Part shown: positions 1 to 13,000 of the stretch, piece by piece
Position numbering within the stretch: position 1 is the stretch's first letter
How the letters are laid out: each line of letters starts with the position of its first letter
Assembly: GCF_006345805.1 (NCBI RefSeq)
Contig: NC_043004.1
Coordinates: 8,742,001 to 8,806,000, forward strand
Direction of reading: 5' to 3'
From: Octopus sinensis
Lineage: Eukaryota
Length of the DNA: 64,000 nt
Translations under genes and position numbers: made by a program
The notes under the pieces: generated by a model
What the model was told of the DNA's origin: nothing
Databases searched by the model: none
The model's input: the letters and a program-made list of their open reading frames with translations, nothing else

Positions 1-1299
1 GCAATAAAGAAAGAAGATTGGTTCCGTGTTATATTGTTCTTATAATATTATCTTCTCTAATGTGGCAACCTTTTTGAAGGCTGCTTCCTCTGATGGGTCA
101 GGGTTAGAAAAATGCTTGCTTATGCTTTTTACTAATTATTGAAGATAGAGGTTACAGCTGTATCAATGTAAGCTTACATTAATATCCAGTAAATTAACCT
201 CTTTAAAATTAGTACTAATTGGATAATTATCTATATTGTGCTCATTCTTGTTATGCATTTCTCCTAGACTGTCGTTCCTCCATTAAGATCTTTCATTTCA
301 TTGTTGCAGGCAACCAGATCAGCTGCCTCTGGTCCATCATGGCCTCCCATACCATCAACTGGTTTGTCTCCATTATTTTTCACCCAAAAGGAATCACGCA
401 AAAGCTAGTCTTTATGATGACTATAAAAATAGTCAGTGATTGATGCACACAGCACTTTAGAGATAAGATCAAGAAAGAGAACATCTTTGTCTGATGTAGC
501 ATGGAGCCTTAAAGATTGGAATGTGGACAACCACCAGACTGGAGCATTGTAGATGGCACTCGGACAGTTTGATGGAATTCAATGGGCCCAAGGACTGCAT
601 CATGCCAGTGTCTATTTGGCATGGTTTCTATTACTGGATGCCTTTCCTAATGCCAACCATTTTATAGTATGTCCTGAGTGCTTTTGTCATGCCACCCGTA
701 CTAGTGAAGTCACTGTGCAGCTGGTTAGAGGTCGAATAAAGTACCACTCAAGTACTGAGATTGAAGGGCTCCACCAGTTTTAAAATGCCCAATACACATT
801 CATTTTAACATTCCTGTCATTCCATTAGAAGCTCTGGCTTAAAGTAAGGCATGGTATTATGGATATTAAGCTGAACATATGAGTGTAAGAATAAATGAAG
901 AAAATGCAAAACCAAGAATAAAAATCATTTACTTAGAAAAAATACAATATTTCTTATATACAATCCAAATATTTTAAGAGATTATTTTCAGCAAGATTGT
1001 CACCTTTCAAGTCCTTGCTATACAATGAAGTATGGAGTGGAAATGATTGAGTACATAAAATGACCCCCCCCCAACCATGCTCTGCAATACAACCACATAC
1101 AAACCCATGTGGCCAGTTGTCCCTTAAAGCTGCAGCCATTGTCTATTTACTAGGTTGCCTTTGTATACTAGAAAACACAACATGGAGGACAGGACATATT
1201 TATTTTATTTACTAAATTAATTAACTTTGCTCTAAGATAATTTTAAAATCAAAACCTCCAGAGAGAACAAGTAGGCCTTGACAACAACCAACAGATCAT

Positions 1300-1960
1300 A
1301 ATTTCAGCAGAACTGGGTCCCTTTCAGATTCTTACTTTCTCTTCAGAGAAAATTACTTATGGCCAAGAACCATGAGTCACACAAGACTGTCAGTGTTTCC
1401 AATGAAAAGCCTGTTTAAATGCAGGCTTATTTATGGAACAAGTTGTATTTCACCAAGTCACAGACCAAACTGTCAATCCACAAAGTGCTTACCACTCGGT
1501 ACCACAATCAACAACTCTGGCCAAAGAGAAATACATCATCAACATTATGTGAGAGAGATGGCAAAAACTAAAAGAGAATTGAGAAACAAGCAGCAATAAT
1601 GCATTTCTTGGTCAAATTTCCACAATCACACCATACATAATATGGTGCAGACAAAGGGAGATGGTGAATATGGTAACCCTAATAATACCCTGGGAAGTGA
1701 AAATCAAAGACACATTCCTCCAGGAAGACAGAGAAGTCGGTTGAACTCTGTGGAAACAATGGACGAGAGATGACGTGTCTTCCTGTAGAGATAAGGTGTT
1801 AGAAGATTTGTTGGAAGCAGGATTCACTTGGTGTTCAGGAGTCTTGGACTTGCTGCCAAGGAGAGAAAAAGATGCTGGTAGAAGATTGCCAGAAACTGTT
1901 GAGAAAGCAAGCTATTAAATCTGGCTCAAGAGAGAGAGGACGAGTGGTGGTGCAACAAGA
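1300..1960 (+). mobile_element. Degenerate Hero-like (restriction-like endonuclease) non-LTR retrotransposon 3' fragment
   Basis: Frameshifted remnants TLIIPWEVKI...CLPVEIRC.RFVG...ETVEKASY*IWLKRE parallel the ELTVPWEE...PVEVGCRGFAG...EAAEKASRWLWIKR C-terminus of RLE LINEs. Confidence 0.5.
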
Positions 1961-2596
1961 ATGAGAATTGAGGAAGATAGAAACATTTGACCCCAGACTG
2001 TTGCAACATCTGATTCCAGAAAGCCTGAGCTGTTGAATGGGGCTTTTGTCATCTACGTCAGTGGATGGCCCTGGGCAGTTCTGGTGTTGCAGTGGAAGGG
2101 GCCAAAACATCTACAGAGCTGCCTCACTACCTGGTGAGACATCAACTCCCACATTTGCAGATAGAGCATAGCAGCATTCTCCACACACAAGTGTCTACCC
2201 TAAATATATATAGCATCATCATCATCATCATTTAGTGTCTGCTTTCCATGCTGGCATCGGTTGAAATGGTTTGACTGGAACAGGTTCCAATCTGATTTGG
2301 AATGGTTTCTACAGCTGGATGCCCTTCCTATATACACACATTCACAGATATAACAGACACTCATAAGGCAGTGGGCATACCATACATACACAAACAGCTA
2401 CACTGTCACACACACACAGAGAAGCATCTATTTCTTTCTTTTTTTTAGCAGAAGTAATATTAAGAAAAAGTTGAGTCAAGGAAATATGAGATGAAATATC
2501 CTCCACCATTGCAGCTGGTTAATTCATAGAATGCACACCAACCCATAAAATGGCACAAGAAAGTTTTGGTGAGAATATTTGTGAAATTTATAGGTG

Positions 2597-2965
2597 CAGA
2601 AGTGGCTGGGTGGTAAGTAGCTTGCTTACCAACCACATGGCTTCTGGGTTCAGTCCCACTGTGTGGCACCTTAGGCAAGTGTCTTTTACTATAGCCTCGG
2701 GTGGCCCAAAGCCTTGAGAGCGGATAGGGTAGACGGAAACTGAAAGAAGCCCATCATATATATATGTGAGTGTGTATCTGTGTTTTTCTCCCCAACATCA
2801 CTTGACAACTGATGCTGGTGTGTTTATGTCCTTAGCAACTCAACAAGAGAGACTGATAGAATAAGTACTAGGCTTGCAAAGAAGAAGTCCTGGAGGTCAG
2901 TTTCCTCAACTAAAGGCGGTGCTGCAGCATGGCCAGTCAAAAGACTGAAACAAAGAAATGAAAAG
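2597..2965 (+). mobile_element. tRNA-derived SINE (family B)
   Basis: A-box-like tggctgggtggt, B-box gggttcagtccc, central (TA/TG) tract and a conserved tail repeated at many other loci in the window. Confidence 0.85.
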
Positions 2966-3889
2966 ATACAGAAAGAGAACTAATAAAGATCAGCAAAAAT
3001 CTTCAGGGCTGAGATGCCCTGGACATGTCTCACTATCATCATTATTTCTATGACAGTGAACTCCTTAAAAGGAAATACTCAAAACCTTCGACCCAGACGA
3101 GGTAAAAAGTTATGCAGTTGATGTTTAAAGTCTAGAAATTCTTTGAGTTGAACCTTTCTTTCCGGTCCTTGTTCTGTGGCTGTGTCAGAACATCCTCTTC
3201 ATGAACATAAGGGGATTAATTGATCCCAGGTTTGATAATGGATGGGGACAGCATAAATAAATGAAAACAACATGGGTGGGGGGTGGGGGACACTTGGAAG
3301 GAGTTTTAGCAGGATTACAGGCCTGGGAACAAAAGCTTGATTTGCGCGTAATGCGGTATTTTTTGCTGTTACAAATTAGTGATGTGTGTATATATAAGGA
3401 CATGTGTGCATGCACGTGTGTGTGTGTGTGTGTGTGTATATCGTCGTCACCATCATTATATATATATATTGGATGAATCGAGGTTGGTGTTTTGAGTAGG
3501 ATTTTTTTCTCCTTTTGAGCAGATCTTACTGGTCCAAAGAAAACTGAGTAGTTACATAGAAATGAACGACAAGTTGAGCCGTCGTTTCATTTAGTTCTCA
3601 ACTCAAGAAGGACGTCTCTGTCATTGTCTCCCCAATTAAAGAGACAACTGGTCAATTCAGAAGGGAAAACAAACTCCCTTGCTTTGGTAAGGCAATGGTC
3701 CAGATACTGAACAAGACATTTGAAAGGAAAAGGTGGGGAGAGAGGAAATTTACTTGGTTGCTCAAGTAATGGTGGGAAACTGGTCATCCCTCAGGCCACA
3801 GCCAGGCAGTGCTCAGTTTTGAAGAGAGGAAATCTACTTGAATTCCTCAGACATTGGTCAGTTCAGAAGACAGGAAATCCATTCGTTCT

Positions 3890-4069
3890 TCAGGCAATGA
3901 TTGGAGTAGCAACAGCAGCAGTAGCAGCGACCGTAGCAGCAGCAGCAACAACATCACTTGTAGGTGAAGGAGGTGATGGAGAAAGGACAGCTGTAGCAAC
4001 CTGGCTCAGTGTTGTCATCACGTTATCTATTGGTTGCCAACGGGAATCGTCAAGGGCCTCAAATATTTC
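3890..4069 (-). CDS. TRNAU1AP: TRNAU1AP terminal coding exon 10 ([17 protein letters not shown]...TPIIA*)
   Basis: ttgcag acceptor, WQPID motif, TGA stop at 3892-3890. Confidence 0.9.
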   Translation of the reverse strand, partial: EIFEALDDSRWQPIDNVMTTLSQVATAVLSPSPPSPTSDVVAAAATVAATAAVATPIIA

Positions 4070-7000
4070 CTGCAACAAATACAACAAAAATTCAAAACTT
4101 TATATCTGCACTCTTTCAGTTGCAAAGTTTTTCTTCAACTCGTAGAACTACACTTTACAAAGTCTCCCTAAGAAAGGAAGTTGAGGGGCTGGGCAACCAA
4201 ATTTGCAGAGCTTTTTAAAGTCATCCTTTTACTGAGAGGAAGAAAGGACCACAAAGTTTTCTTCAATCTCATGAAATGTGGGAATGCTCATCACCTTTTA
4301 AAACCCTCCAATAACAAGGAGGCTGTATGGCAGTACTCATTATCTGTTTACATAATCCCAAAGTTAATTAGTCAAAATTGGTTGAATTAATTTAATTTGA
4401 ACTGTTACAAGACAGAAAGGACAATGTGCACACATGCACATACACACAAATCCCATGAGATTGTTGTGGATTTACATCAACCCAATCTGATATTAAGAAC
4501 TGTTACTTGGGCTTAAGACTCCCACTTGTACAGATATAGAAGCAGGATTTTGGATGCCCAAAATGCCAGAGTGGCACTGCTACACCTCCACAAGCTCACA
4601 GTGGTCTGTATGAATTAGATTACCATAAACTGAGTCTACCAGAGACCACTACCAAGTTGTTTTGCAATCTTTGATCACCCTACGAAATTGTCAATCTGTG
4701 CTTAATCATTGCTTACCATTTTCACCTTACTACTGTCAAAGACCTAGAACATATTCCTAAACACACAGCCGCAAACTGGATACGGTCACAGTTGGAACCA
4801 TCTCAACTCAGAACTCATCCTCAGCCAGGTTATTATTCTCTCCTCAAGCAAAATCACCATCTGCTTCCCAATTTTCCTGAGAAAACAGTTTTCGCAGGAA
4901 CCAAAATCTTCATCACGCATTCTCATCATTTTAAAATCTGCTCTTCTCTGCTCGCATGGGTCAGACAGAGTTTATTGAGACAGATTTTCTATAGCTGGAT
5001 GCCTCACCCGTCACCAACCCTAACTTGTTTCCAAGCAAGAGAATATTTTCCCTTGGCCACTGGACATGCTTTTGCAGAATCCCATTTGTCAAGACAAGAA
5101 GACACAGACATATTCACACCACTTATGCATAAATACACACACACACAACCAGCTTCTTTCAGTTTCTGTCTACCAAAAATTACATCTAAAGAACACAGGC
5201 ATGGCCATAGAATACACACTGGGTTTGATTCTGCTGCACAGTTCTTAGGTAGGTATCTTTTCATAGAGTCTTTGGTTGACTAATATTTTGTTAACGAATT
5301 TTGGAAAAGGGAAGACTGTGCAGAAGCCTGCTGCATGTGTTTTCATTTGTGTAACTGGAGATGAACTCAGCCAAAGACTGACAAAATACAAACCAGGCTG
5401 CAGACAATGAAGGATTAAAAAACCCTAATGGTTCAACAGAAAGGTTTGTATTTTGCTATTTTGGTTTGGGAAGAAAGTAGATCAAAGAATGTCTTTACTC
5501 ACTTCACTTTGTTCAATGAATTCAGCATTGACTTTGTCGACATCGATTTCAAGTATGGGGTCTAAATAAAAGAAGGGGATAACAGCAGGGTGATTTGGAT
5601 GTGACGGAATATACTGGAAGGATTCAAATTAAAAACAAAAACAAACAAAAAAATAACATCACAGTTGACTTTGGTAGAATGTCATATTATAAAATATACT
5701 CAATTCAATGTTGGTGAAACAAAGAGCATCATCATCATCGTTTAACGTCCGTTTTCCATGCTAGCATGGGTTGGATGGTTCAACTGGGGTCTGGGAAGCC
5801 AGAAGGCTGCGCCAGGCCCAGTCTGATCTGGCAATGTTTCTATGGCTGGATGCCCTTCCTAACACCAACCATTCCGTGAGTGTAGTGGGTGCTTTTTACA
5901 TGCCACCGACACAGGTGCCAGACGAGGCTGGCAAACGGCCACGATTGGATGGTGCTTTTTACGTGCCACCGGCATGAGGGCCAGACAAGGCTGGCAACGG
6001 CCACAATCGGATGGTGCATTTTACGTGCCACCGGCACGAAAAAAACCAAGTCAAACAAAAGACAAAAAAAAAGTGAAGGAAACAGAAAATAGAAGTGGGT
6101 TCAACAAGTCACATCAAAGATAAACCTGTGGAGGAGGGTAGTAATTGAATTGATACCAAAGGTACAGGAGTGGCTGGGTGGTTAAGAACTTTGCTTCCAA
6201 ACCACATGGTGTTGAGTTCAGTTCCACTGCACAGCATCTTTAGCAAGAGTCTTCTATTATACCCCAGGATAGCCATAGCCGTTCGAGTGGATTTGGTAGA
6301 CAGAAACCAAAGGAAGCTTGCTATGTGAGTGTGTGTGTGTGTGTGTGTCTTGTCTCCTTGCTTTGACATGACATCATCATCATCATCGTTTAACGTCCGC
6401 TTTCCATGCTAGCATGGTTGGAGGATTTTGACTGAGGGCTGGTGAACCAGATGGCTGCACCAGACTCCAATCTGATCCAGCAGAGATTCTACAGCTGGAT
6501 GCCCTTCCTAATGCCAACCACTCCGAGAGTGTAGTGGGTGCTTTAACATGCCACTGGCACGAGGGCCAGTCCGGCAGTACTGGTAACGACCTCACTCGAA
6601 TCCTTTACACATGCCACCAGCACATGTGCCAGTAAGGCGATGCAGGTAACAATCACGTTTGGATGGTGCTCTTAATACCCTACTAGCATGGGGCTCGAGG
6701 GCCAGTAAGGAGACGCTGGTAACGATCACACTTGAATGGTAACTTTTAAGTGCCACTGGCACGGTAACCGGTTAGCCACTCTGTCAATGATCAAATTGTA
6801 TGGTGCTCTTTGCAGCCTGTTAGCATGGATGCCAGTCATCGAATTTGGGTAGTCATAAATGAGTTTCACCATCATGCAAGCACTGTCCTTTCTATCCGAC
6901 TATCCAGGAAAACCTCTGGTCATGGGGGAATATTTACCTTACTCAGAAAGAGGTGAGTGTTGATGACAGGGAGGGCATCTAGCTGTAGAAATGTCTGCCT

Positions 7001-10000
7001 CAAAGGGTCAGAATGCTGTCAGGCATTTTCTTCAGCATTCCTATTTAAATGAAAACCTTCCATCATAATTGTACCTTAAGAACCTTTTATGCCCATCATC
7101 AGCATCATCATCGTTTTAGCAGCCACTTTTCCATGTTGGCATGGGTTGGATGGAGTTTAATGAGACAGATTTCCTATAATTGGATGCTTTTGCTGTCAGC
7201 AACCTTCCCTTGTTTCCATGCTGAGTAATATCTCATCATTGCCAGACACGTTTCCAAGAAGAATATTGAAAATGAATGACGACATTCATTTACTAAAACC
7301 ATGTTGAGATAAGGAGGAGACTCACACACACGGAAGGCTTCCACACAGTTTCTGTGTACAAAACCCACTCCAAAAGCCTTAGTCAGCCTGAAATTGGTAG
7401 AAGACTCTTGTCCATGGTACCATGCAGAAGGCGGCAAACTGGCAGAAACGTTAGCACGCCAGGCGAAATGCTTAGTGGTATTTTGTCTGCTGCTATGTTC
7501 TGAGTTCAAAATTCTGCCAAGGTCGACTTTGCCTTTCATCCTTTCAGGGTCTATTAAATAAGTACCAGTAATGCACTGGGGTCAATATAATCAACTTAAT
7601 CCGTTTGTCCTCTTTATGTTTAGCCCCTTGTGGGTAGTAAAGAAATAGGTACCATGCAGAGGAAATGAACCTGAAAGGCTGTGCTTGGAAAGCAAGCTCC
7701 TTAAGCACCAATTTCTTATGAAACTTATGAAACAAATGAAACTGTTGGTTATTTTCATTAAATTCCTAAATACGTATTTTGCAAATTAACTGAAAGCCAG
7801 AGGTTAATTAACGTATTTCGTTAAAAACAGGGTCAGAGAAGAGTTAAGGATTAATTACCAACCTTCCAGCATCTCCATTTCTTCATCTGTGCCTTGGTCA
7901 TAATAATCCTGGTAAAGAGAGAAAACCATTAATGTTAAGACATGATAAAATGACCTCAGCAGAATTTCAATCCAGAGCAGAAAGACAAAGAAATATCGAT
8001 AAGCATTTTGCCTGGAATCCTAATGAATCTGCCAGTTCACTGCTTTAATAATAATGGTGGTGCTACTGCTACTTCTACTACTACTACTAATAATAATAAT
8101 AATAAATGCCCTGATACAGTACCAGACAGTGGCTCTCATGGCTTCTGATCTTAACTGATTGGAAGTGTTATCGTGTACCTTGTTTTGTCTTGGTATAAAA
8201 GATGGGCTACAGCAAATATTCTGCTCAATGCCACAGATTTGCATGTCAGTTGTTTGATGTTAACCAGTTGACCATGTCCCTTAGTGGCTGATGAAATGTG
8301 CATCTCTTATCACGAGCAGAAGTAGTGGGGGAGCATCATAGCCATGTGTTGAGAGGGATTCTTTGGGGTTTGAATAATTCACCTCTGGAAACATGGGTGT
8401 TTCATTCAACACCCTTAAACAACCCTTATTCCGGGACCTTTGAGCGAGATGGGTTACTCGACCAGAAGAAAATTCTAACTGGGCCCCACATGCAAGGTCA
8501 TGAGCTGTTTATCTTGATATGAGATCACCATGTCGCGCACATATGGTTATGATGCATGTGCCTTGTATACCCTTATCAGACGGGTAGTCATGATGGGTAT
8601 ACTGGGCTTCATATATTTTACTCCAGTGTACTTTCATGCCATGCACTGCTCTCTCTCAATAATAATAATAATAATAATAGTGGTTTCTAATTAAGATACC
8701 AGCATCACCTTACTGGCAGCTGGACTGGCACCTGTGCAGGTGGCATGTAAAAAACACCATTTTCGAGCGTGGCCGTTGCCAGTACCGCCTGACCGGCCCT
8801 CATGCCGGTGGCACGTAAAAGTACCCACTACACTCTCGGAGTGGTGGCCGTTAGGAAGGGCATCCAGCTGTAGAAACTCTGCCAGATCAGATTGGAGCCT
8901 GGTGCAGCCATCTGGTACGCCAGACCTCAGTCAAATCGTCCAATCCATGCCAGCATGGAAAGCGGACGTTAAACGATGATGACACAAGGTCAACAATTTT
9001 AAGAAGAGGGTAGTAGTTGATACTATCAATCCAAGTAGTTCACTGGTACTTTGTGTTACTGACCCCCAAAAGGATGAAATGCTAAGTTGACCTTGGCAGG
9101 ATTTGAACTCAGTGGCTGTATGGTAAGTAGCTTGCTTACCAACCACATGGTTCCGGGTTTCATCCCACTGCGTGGTACCTTGGGCAAGTGTCTTCTACTG
9201 TAGTCTCGGGCTGACCAAAGCCTTGTGAGTGGATTTGGTAGATGGAATCTGAAAGAAGCCTGTCGTATATATGTATGTACTAGCAGCATAGCCCGGCGTT
9301 GCCCGGGTATGTAAGAGTCCCTAGTAGGCAACGACTAATCCCAATCTAGTCCTTTCACTCTAGGGAACGAAGGCGCATGTGTAGGTTGCAATGTCTTCTC
9401 TTCACTTGAATACTTCTGTGTATACGATGTTCCTAGCTGTCCCTTTGGGCGAAAACATGAAAACATCATTGAACCTCCCAAGAGTTAAAAAGGTCGAGTT
9501 GCGTCCCCTAGACAGTCTGTGGTTTATGTTTAATACACAAATCGGTTTGCTATGTGTGCCACATATGATTTAATTAACCGATTTTTTCCAGTAATAAAGT
9601 ATCCTATTGGAATAAAAAGGGCCAGAGCAGACATGATGCTCGCTGTGAATTTAAAAAAAAATTCCTGCCAATTTGTGAAAGATATTGTCAAAAATACGTC
9701 ATCTTGAATTTGAACGCGATTTCCCAAAATGGCATGATTTTATCGATTTTTTCTGATGGTAAGGTATTGCATGGAAAACTAACATCAGAATTAAGTTTCT
9801 TAGGGTAACATTAAGCTTCACCATGAGTTTGGTGAAAATCGATTGCAAGTTGCGAAAACTACAACAGAAAATGTGTTGCATATAAAAAGCTTAGATTCTC
9901 GACCCCATGTCGAATTTATCGATTTTTTTCAGAACTGGGGGAACTTTTCAAAATTTTTGCTGCGTTAGTTTTGAATTATGACATTGGGCTAGTTTCATCC

Positions 10001-13000
10001 GAATCGGTTGAAAGCCGTGGTCAGGGTGAGGGTACAACCTGACAGACACACAGAGAGACAAACTGCCGTTTATATAGAGAGAGATGTGTATACGTTTGTG
10101 TGTCTGTGTTTGTCCCCCCAACCGATGGTGGTTTGTTTACGCCCCTGTATTTTAGTGGTTCGGCAAAAGAGACCGACAAAATAAGTACCAGGCTTATAAA
10201 GAATAAGTCCTGGGATAGATTTGCTCGACTAAAGGCGGTGCTCCAGCATGATCGCAGTCAAATGACTGAAACAAGTAAACAAGTAACTGGAAGAAATGCC
10301 ACTAAGTCATTTATCCAACTCATTGCCTTCATCATCATCCTTGTTTAAATGTCTGCTTTCCATGCTGGCATGGGTTGGATGGTTTGACTGGGGGACAGGT
10401 GAGCCAGTAGGCTGCACCAGGCTCCACTCTTGATCTGGCAGAGTTTCTACAGCTGGATACCTTTCCTAACGCCAGCCACTCCGAGAGTGTAGTGGGTGCT
10501 TTATACATTATACTGGCACGGGAGCCAGTCAGGCGGTACTGGCATCGGCCACATTCAGATGGTGCTTTTTATGTGCCAGCAGTATGGGGAGCCAGTTAGG
10601 CGACACTGGCAATGACCCATGCATGAATGGTGTATTTCAAATTTTCACATAAAGCCAGCAATTATAAGGGAAGGAGACAGTCAATTACATCAGCGCCAGT
10701 ATTTGATTGGCACTTCATCCCTGAGTTGACCCCAGTGGAATTTCAACTGAGAACGTAATGGGTCGCAAGAAATGATGTTACGCATTTCATCTGACACATA
10801 AACAATTCTGCCGGCCTGCTACCTTAATAACACTCCTTCCTAACATAGCCACAAGGCCTGAAATTTTGTAGGGAAGGGGCTGGTTGATTACATCAACCCT
10901 GGTGGTCATCATCATCGTTTAACGTCCGCTTTCCATGCTAGCATGGGTTGGACGATTTTGACTGAGGGCTGGCGAATCAGGCTCCAATCTTGATCTAGCA
11001 AAGTTTCTACAGCTGGATGCCCTTCCTAATGCCAACTACTCTGAGAGTGTAGTGGGTGCTTTTTATGTGCCACCAGCACGGGGGCCAGTCTGCCGGTACT
11101 GGCAACAACCTTGCTCGAATCTTTTTACACATGCCAGTAAGGCAACGCTGGTAACGATCACGCTCGAATGGTGCCTTTTACGTGTCACCAACATGGAAGC
11201 CAGTTAGCTGCTCTGTCAACGATCACGCTCGGATGGTTCTCTTACCACCCTACTAGCACGGGCACAAGTGCCAATAAGGTGACGCTGGTAACGATCACAC
11301 TTGAATGGTGCCTTTCATGTGCCACTGGCACAGAAGCCGGTTAGCCGCTCTGTCAACGATCAGTCAATTGGTACTTATTTCATCAACCCTAAAAAGATGA
11401 TGGGAAAAGTCAACCTCGGCAGAATTTGAACTCGGAATGTAAAACTAGAAAATGCCCCAAAGCATTTTATTCAGTGTGCTAATTGTTCTGCCAACTCCCC
11501 ACCTTAACGATAAGAATAATAAATAAAGGGCTGTATTAAATGGTAGCTGTATGAGATTACAGACAAGTGACAGATTCTCATAAATCTGGATTCAATCAAC
11601 AAATTCAACCTTTTCTACTGACAAACACCCCAAATACCCCACCTTGATTAGGTGTTGAATGAATCACAACTAATGACAACAGGAATAAAAAAAATGAATA
11701 GTTGCCAGAGAGAGAAGGGTCTCTGCAACCTACCTGTACATGATCTGTGGTGTAACCTCCAGCATAAGGGTAACCAAACTGGCTGTAATACTGGGAATAA
11801 GCTGACCAGCTCTGGTAATATTGATATTGTTGGTATTGTTGATAATACTGACTGTATTGCTGGGCACTCTGGGTTCCAGGAACATCAGGAGGAGGGGGCC
11901 TGACAAACATAAATTATAAACAATTTTTTTTCAATTAGTGAAAAACATACAAAAAAAAAAAACTATGGAAAAGGTTGCAAGACGCAAAGAAAATTTTAGA
12001 AAAATAAAAAATAAATAAGTGAAAATTTTACTGGTGAGTGTGTTAAATTATAAGGCACAAAAAGAAAATGACTCTCCCGAGTCACAACAGAATATGCTTC
12101 AACACACGAACTCACATAAAGAATCTTGCAAACTAAATTAAAAAACGAAATACAAAGAGATTTATGATTAAATTGAATGAAGAAATAGGTTAGGAAAAGA
12201 AAAGCGATAACATCATCATCACCACCACCACCATCATCATGGGCATTTAATATCCACTTTTCCATGTTTGCATAAATCAAACAATCTGTTATGGTAGATT
12301 TTTCTACAGTTAGATGCCTTTGTTGTTATCAATCCATTCCCAAGCCTGGCAATATTTCTTCCAAAGCCAGACACATTTTTCATAGAAGACTAGAAATGAA
12401 CAACATCATTAAAATGACAGCGATGTGCATTTACAACCATCATGTGATTGACTAAATAAGGAATACACACGCAAGAATGCGCCCATACGTAATGTGCTTC
12501 CATGCAGTTTCCTTTGGCTAAATTCCCTGATAAAACCTTTGGTCAGCTCAAGTCCAGAGTGGAAAACACAAAGAATAAATCATGGAGAGAGAGCAAAGGA
12601 GCGCAGTAAGGGATGGAACAATGTGAGAGGCAACTCACCCAAATGATGCTTTTGTAAGGAAAAGCAAGCATAAAAGGAGGAGGAGGAAGAGGAGGACTGG
12701 ACAGCAAATGCAGGGGAATGAATAAAAATACCTTTTAGTTTTCTTTTTGTGTTGGTGCCACATAAAAAGCACCAAGACCACTCTGTCGAGTGGTTGGCAT
12801 TAGGAAGGGCATCCAACAGTAGAAACCTTGCCAAAACAGATGACTGGAACCTGGCCTAGCCTTCTGGCTTATTAGCTCCTGTCAAACCAACCAGCCCATG
12901 CCACCATGGAAAAATAGAATAATGAATAATGAAGACAACGATTCCCCTTCTGAGGTGAATATGTTCACAGGTGGTGCTCCATTATGGTCATGATCCAATG

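Noticed and set aside
2597-2670. tRNA-like A/B boxes (also 9112, 38245, 53470-53535, 62180)
   Set aside because: No complete cloverleaf or acceptor stem. Each continues into the same SINE body, so they are SINE heads rather than tRNA genes.
3270-3292. G-run cluster (gggtggggggtggggg) as G-quadruplex
   Set aside because: Only three clear G-tracts, and it is on the antisense strand relative to the TRNAU1AP mRNA.
2900-3890. SECIS element in the TRNAU1AP 3'UTR
   Set aside because: I checked AUGA/GUGA starts on the minus strand by eye. None has the non-Watson-Crick GA quartet plus apical AA at the right spacing.
3720-4145. 141-aa plus-strand ORF
   Set aside because: Antisense shadow of the TRNAU1AP last exon and its triplet repeat, with no recognisable domain.
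8270-8350. CTGATGA/CTGACGA hammerhead-like core in the (AAT)n-flanked element (also ~27188)
   Set aside because: Followed by GAAG rather than GAAA, and I could not build consistent stems I and III.
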